This document shows, piece by piece, positions 39,070 through 49,431 of a stretch of DNA of 64,000 bases. The notes beneath the pieces were generated by a model. It saw nothing but the letters and a program-made list of their open reading frames with translations, was not told the DNA's origin and did not search any database. This stretch comes from an uncultured Thermoplasmata archaeon (GTDB lineage Archaea; Thermoplasmatota; Thermoplasmata; RBG-16-68-12): the NCBI GenBank assembly GCA_963768855.1, contig CAVYJM010000018.1, positions 1 to 64,000 on the forward strand. The letters run 5' to 3'. Each line of letters opens with the position of its first letter. Positions within the stretch are counted from its first letter, which is position 1. Position numbers and translations under genes: made by a program.

Positions 39070-40335
39070 GTGAGCGCCCCCGGGACCGTCGACGCGCGCG
39101 TGCGTCGATACTATGCGTTCCAGATGCTCGTCGCCTTCCAGATCTGGAGCCCGTTCTGGACGATCTGGTTGTTCGCTCACTTCACCTACTTCCTCGGGAC
39201 CATCGTCGACGTGATCTTCTGGATCGTGAGCCTAATCGTCGCGATGCCCGCCGGAGCCTTCGCGGACCGCTACGGGCGCAAGCGCGCGGTGGTCCTCGGC
39301 GTCGGGATCTGGATGGCGGGAATCGTCTCCTTCGGATTCTCGAACTCCTTCGCGATGTTCGCGCTCTCGAACGCGATCTGGGCGTTCGGGGCAGGCTTCC
39401 TCTGGGGAGCGGGTTCCGCGTACCTGTACGACACCCTGGTCGAAGTCCATGCGGAGGCCCGCTACCCGGCGGTTAGCAGCCGGGCCGCGCTGTATTCGTA
39501 CCTGGGCACGGCGCTCGCCTCCCTCGCGGGAGGGCTCATCATCCTGACGACGGCCCGCGTGGAGATGACGCTCATCCTCTACGTGGTCCCGGGCCTCGGC
39601 GCCCTCGCGCTCGGCCTGACCTTCCAGGAACCTTCCGTTCTCCGCAAGCCCGAACCCAGCATGTTCGGCCAGATCCTGGCGGGACTCCGCACGGCGCGCG
39701 CCAACCGTCAGATCGTGCTGATCATCCTGTTCCAAGTCCTCGTGGGCTTCGTGAGCTACATGATGGCCTTGTTCCGGGCGGTGTTCCTGAACCAGACCGT
39801 GGGCGGCGACCTCCTCGTCGTGGCAGGGATCTACTGCGTCTTCTACCTCGTCGCCGCCGTGTCCGGGGGCCTGACGGGATCCTTCCTCAATCGGTTCGGG
39901 GAGTCCGGAGGACTCATCCTCGTCTTCGTCATGGTGTTCGCGCCCTTCCCCCTGATCTACCTCATCGCGCAAGGGGCCTTCAGCCCGGACGTCGGCGGTA
40001 TCCTCGCAGTCGCCACGCAGCTCCCGGACTACGTGGTCTGGGGGATTGAGGCGGTCCTGATCGCCACGATCATCAATCGCCGCGTGGGATCGGACGGCCG
40101 GGCGACCGTGCTCGCGATCGAGACGTTCTTCAGCACCCTGGTCATCGCCGTCATGGAGCCTCTGGCGGGTCTCGTCGCAACGGACTACAGCCTCGGCACC
40201 GGGCTCGCCGTCGGCGCCCTCGTGGCCTCCGTGCCGACCGCGTACATCCTCGTGGCCTACCGCCGCAGCGAGCGCACGAACCCCCTTCCCGCCGTGCCCG
40301 CGACGGTCGTTCGCGACCGCGAATCAGGCCCCTGA
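39070..40335 (+). CDS. MFS transporter
   Basis: About 12 TM helices; motif A: GAFADRYGRK. Confidence 0.9.
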   Translation: MSAPGTVDARVRRYYAFQMLVAFQIWSPFWTIWLFAHFTYFLGTIVDVIFWIVSLIVAMPAGAFADRYGRKRAVVLGVGIWMAGIVSFGFSNSFAMFALSNAIWAFGAGFLWGAGSAYLYDTLVEVHAEARYPAVSSRAALYSYLGTALASLAGGLIILTTARVEMTLILYVVPGLGALALGLTFQEPSVLRKPEPSMFGQILAGLRTARANRQIVLIILFQVLVGFVSYMMALFRAVFLNQTVGGDLLVVAGIYCVFYLVAAVSGGLTGSFLNRFGESGGLILVFVMVFAPFPLIYLIAQGAFSPDVGGILAVATQLPDYVVWGIEAVLIATIINRRVGSDGRATVLAIETFFSTLVIAVMEPLAGLVATDYSLGTGLAVGALVASVPTAYILVAYRRSERTNPLPAVPATVVRDRESGP

Positions 40336-40408
40336 GACACCAATCGCCGTTGATAACGAGAGCGAAGGCCTTAGCCCCCGTCGCCCCCAAACAAGCCACC
40401 TGCGATCC

Positions 40409-43400
40409 GTGATGCAGCCCCAGTTCTCTCCCCACCGAGCACGGGTGGTCTTCCTCTTCGCCCTCATGCTCATGGTCCCCGCTCTCGCCCGGGCGCCCGG
40501 AACGACCAGCCTTCACGCATCCGCAGCTCCCCAGGAGATCCTCTTCCAGCCAGACGCAACCAACGGTACGGACGCGTCCATCTTCAGCCTGAACCCGTCG
40601 TGGAATTTCGGGAATAGCACCTCCTTAGCGGCGGGGCCGAACAGCCTGACCGGGGACACAGCCCGCTCGCTCTTGTCCTTCGGCCTGAGCGGATTGCCGA
40701 CGAATGCGGTGGTCGTGAACGCCACGCTCTCGCTCTACGGAACCCAAGGCGTTGGCGGCAGCGTCCAGGTGCGGAGGCTGACCTCACCTTGGACGGAAGG
40801 TGGCGGCGGACATTCTTGGTCCGCCGTTCCCGTCACGGTCCGGGAGACCGCCGGCGTCAACCGGACCCTCGAGCCCGTGGGCGTGACGATTCTGTTCGCC
40901 CCCAACTCCATCGTGGACCCGGCCCGCGACCTGCGGGTCTACGCCTCCGGTGTGGAGATCCCTTCCCAGGTAGGGAACGAGAACTATGTGGCGGGCCGTC
41001 TCGCGAGTGCCGAGGTCTTCTTCGACGTCTCTCTGGGCGCGTACCAGTCGAGGGCCTTCACGGTCGTCTACTCGACGAACGGAACGGCCGTCCCGGCATA
41101 CCGTACGCGGACCTTCAGCGCATCTCCTATCTGGTTCTCCGGAGCGACGGGGGGCGGCGCTTCGGGCGCGACGATCGCGGACATCGACGAAGACGGCCGA
41201 CTCGAGATTGTCTTTGGCGGCGCGGACGGGTTCGTGTATTGTCTCGACGACCACGGCTCCGTGAAGTGGAGGACTCTGGTCTCCCTGTCGTCACCCGTGG
41301 CCTCGGTGCCGTTCACCCCCCAGGTGGCGGACCTCGATCACACTGGGCGAGACAGCATCATCGTCGTCACGAACGATCCGTCCGTCGTGCGCCTGAACAG
41401 CACGGGAGCACTCGTGTGGAGGTACAACGCAACTTCGCTCTTGTTCACGGGAGGCACGCTGGTGGATGTCAACGGGGACGGCGTCCCGGATGTGCTCGTG
41501 GGCGGCAACATGAAGCAGGTCATCGCGATCGACGGCCAGACGGGCGCCCTCCTGCCGACCCAATTCGCGGTCGGGGGCGCTGGCTTCTGGCCGAGCATCG
41601 TAGACCTGGATGGCTCCGGATCCCCGGAGGTCGTGTTCGACGGGTACGACAAGAACCTCCATGCCTACAACGTCTCGGGAACGCAGCTTTGGGCGAACGC
41701 GCCCGCCGGGACCGCTGTCCTCGAGAATGCCGTGGGCTTCGCGGACCTGAACGGCAACGGGGTAGAGGAACTCGTCTCCGCCGACTTCGGCAACAATGGG
41801 GACGTGTTCGCCCTCTACGCCTCGAATTCGAGTGTCGCGTGGTCGACGATCGCGGGAAAGGGCTTCGTGAGCGGTCTGGCGATTGGGGATCTCAACGGCG
41901 ACGGGAAGCTGGAAACGGTCATGGGAGATTTTGCGGGATCCATGTACGCGTTCCGGTCCGACGGGCGGCTCGCTTGGCCCTCGCCGTACAGCGGCGGCAG
42001 CGTCCCCCCGGGATCGCCCGCTCTCGTCGACCTTGCAGGGAATGGACATCCCAACGTCATCTTCCTGGAGGACACTGCCCTCCTCGTCCTCGACGGGACC
42101 GGCGCCCTCGTTCATGGATGGACCGTCCCGGCGAACAATCAGAACCTTCGCGGGAACCAGTATCCGATGACGAATCCAGCCATCGCCGATCTCACCGGTA
42201 ACGGCACGCTCGATATCGTCGTGCCGACGGGGAACGGTGTCGTCGCCTACTCGACCGGCGGGTTGGACTACGACTGGCGCACGTGGGGCTATAACCTGAA
42301 TCACACCCAGAGGCGCCTGGATGGAGCGTCCGGCACCGGCGCGCCGCTCCTGACGACGACCGTGGGTCAGGTCCAGGTGTTCCCCGCGGCGGGGGTCTCG
42401 TGGAACTACGAGGACGGAGTCACGCCCTGGTCGCTTCCAGGCGGGGATTTCGGACCTGCCGTCGCCGGCGCCGTGGGCGCGAGCGGATGGATGTCCTGGA
42501 ACGTCACGTCCACCGTCCAAGACTGGTTGTCCGGAGTCTATCCCAATCGCGGTCTCATCCTCACGGAAGCGAGCGAGGTGTCTGGGACGTTCCACAGCTG
42601 GATCAGCTCCGACTCGCCCGTGAGTTCCGAGCGGCCCATGCTCGCGGTGACTTACATCTCCATCGCCGGGAACACCCCGCCTCTCATCGTAGGCCGAATC
42701 CCGGACGTGAGCCGGCTCGAGAACAGCCCATCCTGGTCCATCGATCTCAAGACGTATGCCTACGACAACTCCACCCCGCTTAGCCAGCTCCGCTGGAACG
42801 TGACCGGGTTCGATCCGTCCGCCGTCCAGATCACGGGCCTCAACGTCCCCGGCAATTCGATCCTGACCATCCAGCCGCAGCCCAACCGTTGGGGGGACAA
42901 CCATGTCACGTACTGGCTCTCGGACCCGCAAGGACGTTTCGCGCGGCAGGACGCGTGGATCAACATCACTCACGTGAATCAGCCGCCCACGTTCAATCCG
43001 CCCAGCGTCCTCTATGTCCGGTACAACCAGACCTACACCTTCGACTTCGGGCCGTACATCTCCGACCCGGACACCCCCCGCGCCCTGATGACCCTGGCGT
43101 CAGATGACACCCTCCATGCACCCGTCTCCGGGTTCAACGTGTCCTTCACCTACCCGCTCGCGTACCTCAACGCATGGGTCTTCGTGAATCTCACCGTGAG
43201 CGACGGGGAGTTCACCGTGACGCGGGTCATCGCCATCCAGGTGACGTCGGATTACCCGCCAGTGGTCAACATTCCGCTCCCCGACGTCACCCTGTACGAG
43301 GGCCAGACCCTAGCGAACGTCTTCAACTTGGCCAATTACTTCTCGGATCCCAACCAAGATGCCCTGTTCTTCTCGACCGGATACACGCATGTGAACGTCA

Positions 43401-44885
43401 CGATCTATCCAAACCTCTCGGTGGACATTCGTGCTCCGCTAGGATGGTGGGGTCAAGACCAGGTCACCTTCCAGGCAAAGGACCCAGCGGGGGCCATTGC
43501 CCAGGACACGATCCTCGCGACCGTGATCCACCTCGACCAACCTCCCACGATCGGAATCCTCCCCGATCTGAGGGTTCGCTTCGACTCCCCATACTCCTTC
43601 AACCTCGATCCGTACCTCTCCGACCCCGACACCCCGTCGAGCCAGCTCCTGGTCACCGTCTCGGACCCGCACGTGTTCGTCTCAGGGCACCTGATCACCC
43701 TCCTCTACCCCGCGTCGTTCAACAACACGATCCAAGCCGCGGCGGTCTCCGTCTCGGACGGGATGTACACGGTGAGTCGGGGGTTGCTGGTCTCGATCGG
43801 CTGGGACTCGCCGCCTTCCTTAATCGGGAAGATGCCAGACCGGTCGTTCCTCGAGGGGACGGTGGCCCGAGGGGCGTACAACCTCTCCCAGTATTTCGCG
43901 GACGCCGACGGGTCGGTCCTGTACTGGAGCTCCGGGAACCGCAGCGTCCTCGTCACGATCTATGCGAACGGGAGCGTGGACCTCAGCGCGCGGGCCAACT
44001 GGTGGGGCGTGGAGCGCGTGACCTTCCGGGCCACGGATTCCCAGGGGGCCCTCCAAGAGGACAGCGTCTGGATCCGGGTCGTCCGGGTGGACGACGCGCC
44101 CTTCTTCCTCGCCGTCCCGACCCAGTACGTGAACGCCTCCACAGTCTACGTCCCCCTCACGAGATATCTCGGAGACCCCGATGACAATGTGTCCGTCCTC
44201 TTCCTTGCGGGGACGAACAGCACGCATGCCATGGCCATCGGACAGGGTCTGCTCTTCAACTACTCGCAGGACACGATGGAATGGGTTCGCGTGACGTTGA
44301 GCGACGGCAACCTCACGAACACGACCACGTTCCTAATCGTGGTCGCCCTCCCGCCTCCGGGGATGCGGGGAGATCGTCCCGGGCTGGGTCCTGTGGCTCC
44401 CCTTGCCGGTCGCCGCAGCCGGCGCCGTGCTCTTCGTCGCCTATCGCCGACGCAAGCTCGAGTGGGCCTTCCTCGTCACGAACGACGGACTCCTCGCCGG
44501 GAGCGTCTCCCGCAGCGGCCCGACCTCGATTGACACGGACCTGATGACGGGCATGTTGACGACAATCATGGATTTCGCCAAGCGGAGTTTCTCCGATGAG
44601 AGGGAGCGGAACCTCGAGGGAATCGAGCTGGGCGAGAAGCGCGTCGCGATCGTCCGAGGGGATCGTGCCTACATCGCGGTGGTGTACCGCGGCCGCACGC
44701 CAGGCCGGCTGCTGCCCATCATGCGATCCCTGCTCGAGAGAATCGAGAAGACGCACGGGAAGGATCTCGGGGATATTGTCGATACATCCAAGCTCGAGGA
44801 GATCCCGGTCCTCCTCCAGAAACTTGTGACACGAGGGAACCTGCCATTCGTTTCATTCGGAGCCCTGCCCGAGCAACCGGATTGA
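40409..44885 (+). CDS. Large cell-surface protein (signal peptide, split DNRLRE domain, FG-GAP beta-propeller, six cadherin-like repeats, TM helix, cytoplasmic longin-like domain); +1 frameshift near 44360-44370
   Basis: Repeated ADLxGDGxxE FG-GAP motifs and NxPP repeat starts. Shifting frame in a G-run gives EIVPGWVLWLPLPVAAAGAVLFVAYRRRK and joins ORF 44403-44885. Confidence 0.85.
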
Positions 44886-44968
44886 GTCTGGTCGGGTGCA
44901 GAGCCGAGCATGCGGAGGAAACTCGTTTCGCATTCAGCGCATCCGTGAACGCGAGGAACGGGACCGCC

Positions 44969-46303
44969 TCACGCGGAGCAACCCATGACCGCGTAGTCAT
45001 CGCCGTTGAACTCGGCGAAGCCGTAGTCCTCGTAGATGTTCGTCTCCGTGATGGTCGCGTGGTTCACCGGGTCGTAGAAGACCACGGTCCCTGTGCTCGT
45101 GTCCGCGGAAAGAATCACGGAGGGGCCGAGGCGCTGATGCAGGAAGGACACCACGTCCGCGGGGACGGACGGGTTATCCGTCGTGCAGTTGCTCGTGGCC
45201 GTGACGTTGCCCACGGAGACCGGTAGGTTCGGGCGGACCGCGGTGAAGGGCGTCGCAGTCGGAGCGTTCAGCGCGAGCCCCATGCCGCCAAGGAGGACGA
45301 CGACGAGGATGCCGGAGGCCACGCGCTGCGGGGTCTTCCATTCCGAGCGCAGATCGTGGACGACCGGCTGGCGGTGGCGGCGGACTCGATCGCGCCGGGA
45401 CGGCCGGCGAGTCGCCGCCTTCGCCTTCGGCTCGACCGTGGGCGCCTCGACGCCACGGGAGCGGCGCAGGGCCACCGCGACCCCGTTTCCTAGGAGGAGC
45501 GCAACGAGCGGGGCGAGGCTGGGGAGGACCGCGGGGAGGAGCCCAGTCGCCACGCCGACGACGAGGCCGAAGATCCAGCGGTCTGTCGGCCGGACCGCGG
45601 AAGTCCGCGGCTCCGGGACCATGAAGAAGCCGAAGAACAGGACGGCCGGGTCGACCGCGCCCAGGAGAAGGACCATGGGCGACGTCACCTCGCCGAGGAT
45701 CAGGTTGCCCAAGATCGAGAGCGTGGCGTACGCAAGAAAGAACGCGAGTGGGATGCGCCACGAGCCCGGGGTCCGCAGAGTCAGGACCACGCCGAGGACG
45801 ACGACGAGCCACATCCCGATGGAACCCCACCAGGACGGGGCGAGACCGAAGAAGAGCGCACCCATCAGGACGCCGGCGGCCGCCGGGTTGAACACAGGAC
45901 GGTCCTGGATGCGCAGCACGTGACGGAGCGCGATGGCCGCGGAGGCAACCCCCGCGGCCTGGAGGAGCGGCACGGTCGGCGGCAGGAGGAGCGCGAGCAG
46001 CAGGCCCGTGGCCATCGCCGCGTCCGGGGCGCGGATTCTCCTATAACGGAGCATCTGGAACAGGATGTCCGTCTCCACGGCGAGTGCCGGGAGGGCGATG
46101 ATCGGGATGATGCCGCTCCCCTGAAGCGTGAAGGCAATCGCATAGATTCCGAGGGCGAGCAGGAAGATCCACAGGAGTCGAGCCGGACGGGGCAACTTCG
46201 CGAACAGCCGCACCGAGGCTCGGCGGAAAGTGCCCCTGGTCCGTGACGGCTCCTCGGCGTCGCCGGGTTCGTCTTCCGAGTCGCACCCCTCGGGATGAGG
46301 CAC
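44969..46303 (-). CDS. Orphan RnfD/NqrB-family membrane protein with a C-terminal extension
   Basis: GLLLALLLP, .VFNPAA.G and FFMVPEP.T motifs. GTG start lies about 24 nt downstream of a TATA-like TAATAAA (46325-46331). Confidence 0.72.
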   Translation of the reverse strand: MPHPEGCDSEDEPGDAEEPSRTRGTFRRASVRLFAKLPRPARLLWIFLLALGIYAIAFTLQGSGIIPIIALPALAVETDILFQMLRYRRIRAPDAAMATGLLLALLLPPTVPLLQAAGVASAAIALRHVLRIQDRPVFNPAAAGVLMGALFFGLAPSWWGSIGMWLVVVLGVVLTLRTPGSWRIPLAFFLAYATLSILGNLILGEVTSPMVLLLGAVDPAVLFFGFFMVPEPRTSAVRPTDRWIFGLVVGVATGLLPAVLPSLAPLVALLLGNGVAVALRRSRGVEAPTVEPKAKAATRRPSRRDRVRRHRQPVVHDLRSEWKTPQRVASGILVVVLLGGMGLALNAPTATPFTAVRPNLPVSVGNVTATSNCTTDNPSVPADVVSFLHQRLGPSVILSADTSTGTVVFYDPVNHATITETNIYEDYGFAEFNGDDYAVMGCSA

Positions 46304-46571
46304 GTCGGGCCGAGACTTCCGTGGTTTATTACCCTTTAGCGTGAGTTTTCCAGGAGAGGCATCGAACGCATGTCCTGCGCCCGCCGGAAGGTCGCGTGTC
46401 GGCGGCACGACGCCGGAAAAGGCAGACGCCCCACGCTCCGCACCCTCGCCCCGACGACCATAGGTTCAAGGCGCCGCGTTCGACTCCCGGGGCATGAGTC
46501 GGGCCGTCCTACGCAGGCTGCGGGCGCGGCCGCGACCGAAGTAGAATCGAGCCGCGACGGTGACGCGTCCC

Positions 46572-47540
46572 ATGTCCGCCGAATTCCCCGAGTACGGCGC
46601 ACTGAGGAAGGTGCTCATGCATGCACCGGGGCGCGAGATCGATCGAATCGGGCCCGCATCCTACCGCCGATATCTCTTTGAGGACGCCATCGAACCGGCG
46701 CGCTTCCGGAACCAGCATGGGCAGCTTGTCGAGACCCTGAGGCACGAGGGAGTCGACGTGGTCCTCGTCGAGCACGCCCTGGAGGGCTCCCCGCTCTTTG
46801 CGCTCGTGGAGAAGAGTCCGAACCTCGTGTACATGCGCGACACGGTCGTCGTCACGCGCGCAGGCCGCATCCAGATGAGAATGAGCAGCCCGGTCCGACG
46901 GCACGAGCCTCGGATTGCGGCGGCCGCCTTGGACCGCATCGGGGTGGAGAGGCTCATGGAAGCCCGTGCGCCCGCCACGATGGAGGGAGGCGACCTGATC
47001 TTCCTGGATGGGGAGACTCTGCTCGTCGGCGTCGGCAACCGGACCAACCGGGTCGCGCTGCGGCAACTGCGGGATCGGACCCGGGCGAAGGGGTGGCGCA
47101 CCCTGATCGCGATTCAGCTCCCCCAATCAGTCATCCATCTCGACGGAACGATGATGGTCGTCGACGAGGATCTCGCGATCGTGCATCGCGAATCGCTGAG
47201 CGGGCCTGCGATCGTCTACGAGGACGGGAAGCCCCCGAGGCGGACGCAGCCGTTGAGGATCTTGAAGCAGCGGCGATTCCGTCTCATCGAGGTGACCGCC
47301 TACGAACGACAGAGGCGGGCAACGAACCTGATCACGCTGGGCCCACGGAAAGTCATCGGCTACGCGGGCAACGAGAGGGTGCGAAGGCTCCTCGCGGCCG
47401 AAGGCGTTGACGTCATCGAGCTCGAGGGGTCGGAGCTGGTGAGAGGCGGCGGAGGGCCACGATGCATGACCGCACCGATCGACCGGGATGGTGGCCCCTC
47501 TCGGAATCAAACGCCAACGTCCAGGGAGGGTTCGCCTTGA
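46572..47540 (+). CDS. Amidinotransferase-family (arginine deiminase/DDAH-like) enzyme
   Basis: YGALRKVLMHAPG, YMRD, EGGD, GNRTN, HLD and ELVRGGGGPRCMT (catalytic Cys) motifs. Confidence 0.88.
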   Translation: MSAEFPEYGALRKVLMHAPGREIDRIGPASYRRYLFEDAIEPARFRNQHGQLVETLRHEGVDVVLVEHALEGSPLFALVEKSPNLVYMRDTVVVTRAGRIQMRMSSPVRRHEPRIAAAALDRIGVERLMEARAPATMEGGDLIFLDGETLLVGVGNRTNRVALRQLRDRTRAKGWRTLIAIQLPQSVIHLDGTMMVVDEDLAIVHRESLSGPAIVYEDGKPPRRTQPLRILKQRRFRLIEVTAYERQRRATNLITLGPRKVIGYAGNERVRRLLAAEGVDVIELEGSELVRGGGGPRCMTAPIDRDGGPSRNQTPTSREGSP

Positions 47541-47554
47541 CAGCTGATCTTGCG

Positions 47555-48337
47555 ATGGCACGGACACGAGTCTTGCTCACGTTTGACATCGACGCCGAGA
47601 GCGTCCAGGTGAGGACGACACCCCATCTTCCCGCCGCCTTGTCGAAGGGGCAGTTCGCCCGCACCGGGGTCGAGAGGATCCTCGCCCTCCTCGACAAGTT
47701 CGCCATCCATGCCACGTTCTTCACCCCGGCGTGGACGGCGCAACAGTACCCGGACCTGGTCCGCGAGATCGTGCGGCGCGGTCACGAGCTCGCCGCGCAC
47801 GGGGTCCTCCACGAGAATCTGTCGGAACTCAAGGACAGCGAGGAGGAGGCCGTGCACGAGACGTCGGTCCGAATCCTGGAGAAAGTGAGCGGCAAGAGGC
47901 CCGTCGGCTTCCGGGCTCCCTACTACGAATGGAGCACTCGGACCGCGGCGCTCCTCCGGAAACATGGATTCCTCTACGACAGCAGCCTGATGGACCGGGA
48001 TCGGCCCTACCGGATCCCGGACGGCCCGGGCGCGGGGATGTACGAGCTCCCCGTCGAATGGTTCCTGGAGGACTGGGTGTTCTTCGAGGAGCAACGGCAG
48101 CCGCCGAGCGCGGTCCTGGAAACATGGAGTAGCGAGTTCGACGCCGTGTCCGAGCTCGGGGTCGGCTACTTCATCCTGACGATGCATCCGGAGTGCATCG
48201 GTCGAGCATCACGAATCCGCATGCTGGAACAGCTGGTCGATCACGTGCGAGCCACCCCGGGGGTCGCCTTCGCGAGGTGCGACGAGCTCGTGGAGTATCT
48301 CAGCGGCTCCCAGGATTCCCATCCCGGGACCGAGTAG
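47555..48337 (+). CDS. Polysaccharide deacetylase family (CE4, HpPgdA/PuuE-like)
   Basis: LTFDIDAES, HELAAHG, GFRAP, YDSS and MHP motifs. Confidence 0.9.
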   Translation: MARTRVLLTFDIDAESVQVRTTPHLPAALSKGQFARTGVERILALLDKFAIHATFFTPAWTAQQYPDLVREIVRRGHELAAHGVLHENLSELKDSEEEAVHETSVRILEKVSGKRPVGFRAPYYEWSTRTAALLRKHGFLYDSSLMDRDRPYRIPDGPGAGMYELPVEWFLEDWVFFEEQRQPPSAVLETWSSEFDAVSELGVGYFILTMHPECIGRASRIRMLEQLVDHVRATPGVAFARCDELVEYLSGSQDSHPGTE

Positions 48338-48409
48338 CCACCGGCGGGTGCGATCCGGGGCGTGCCCCCTTCCTTCAGGCGACACGGTGGTGAGAAGTCA
48401 CGAGAAGGA

Positions 48410-48494
48410 TGCGTGGGGCAGGATTTGAACCTGCGAACCCCTTCGGGACAGCGACCTCAACGCTGCGCCTTTGACCAAGCTGGGCCACCCACGC
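48410..48494 (-). tRNA. tRNA-Leu(GAG)
   Basis: GCGTGGG acceptor stem, anticodon arm CAGCG-TTGAGGT-CGCTG, long variable arm, T-arm GCAGG-TTCAAAT-CCTGC. Confidence 0.96.
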
Positions 48495-48555
48495 ACAGCC
48501 CGGTTCCCATCGCGGGGTCCGATATTAATCTTCTGCCGCGAGGATGCGTCGCGCT

Positions 48556-49320
48556 TCAGGCGGCCGTGTACCCTCCGTCCGCGACGACGAGCGCTCCGGT
48601 CGTGAAGGAGGAATCCTCCGAGGCCAGGAACAGGACGACCTTCGCGATTTCCTCCGGGCGGCCGATCCGCCCGATTGGGTGCTGCGCGCCCGCATGCGTC
48701 CGGTATTCGCCGAGCGAGACGCCGCGCGTGTCCGCCTCCTGCTGGAACATCCGCGTCTCGACCCACCCTGGGCACACGGCGTTCACGCGGATGCCGTCTT
48801 TCGCGTACGCGAGGGCCATCGATTTCGTCAGGAGGGCCACCCCCGCCTTGGAGGCGCAATACGCGGCCGCGTCACCGTCGCCCACGATTGAATTCACGGA
48901 GCCGGTGTTGACGATCACGCCGCCTCCCTGACGGATCATCACGCGGACCGCGTGCTTCGCGACAAGGAACGCGCCCTTCAGGTTGACGCCCAGGACTCGG
49001 TCCCAATCGGCCCCGGACATCTCGTGCACGGGCGCCTCGATGAGGATGCCCGCGTTGTTGAGGACCACGTCGAGCCGCCCGTACGCGGCGACGGTCTCCC
49101 GGATCACCCGCTCGACGTCCGCTTCGCTCGTCACGTCGCCCCGGATGAATCGGATCTCGCGGCCCTCCGCCCGCGCGGCGGCCACGGCCTCGCGACCCCG
49201 TTCGGGCGAGACGTCCGCGACGGCGACCCGCGCGCCCTCGCGGGCGAACGCCAGCGCGGTCGCAAGACCGATACCGGAACCTCCCCCTGTGACCAGGACC
49301 GCCTTGCCCTCGAACCGCAT
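48556..49320 (-). CDS. SDR family oxidoreductase
   Basis: TGGGSGIG, NNAG, Y.ASK, NAVCPG and G.L...DGG motifs. Confidence 0.93.
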   Translation of the reverse strand: MRFEGKAVLVTGGGSGIGLATALAFAREGARVAVADVSPERGREAVAAARAEGREIRFIRGDVTSEADVERVIRETVAAYGRLDVVLNNAGILIEAPVHEMSGADWDRVLGVNLKGAFLVAKHAVRVMIRQGGGVIVNTGSVNSIVGDGDAAAYCASKAGVALLTKSMALAYAKDGIRVNAVCPGWVETRMFQQEADTRGVSLGEYRTHAGAQHPIGRIGRPEEIAKVVLFLASEDSSFTTGALVVADGGYTAA

Positions 49321-49431
49321 GGACTCCGTCCCCGGCGGGGTAGTGACCCGGGGGAGAAAAGCCCTTGGAGAAAGTACGCAAAGGATATGCTCCCCCTCGG
49401 GCTCACCACGAAGCAAGGGAGGGCATTCCTT

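Noticed and set aside
44969-46408. A complete Rnf/Nqr respiratory complex
   Set aside because: Only a single D-like subunit is present, with no neighbouring A/B/C/E/G genes.
46445-46500. tRNA-like fragment (GGTTCAAGGCG...GTTCGACTCCCGGGGC)
   Set aside because: There is no anticodon arm, the T-stem has a mismatch and it does not match the 3' end of any tRNA in the window. It is better explained as a promoter-region hairpin.
40400-48410. Possible integrative element at the 3' end of tRNA-Leu(GAG)
   Set aside because: No integrase, no duplicated tRNA 3' end (att site) and no mobility genes were found.
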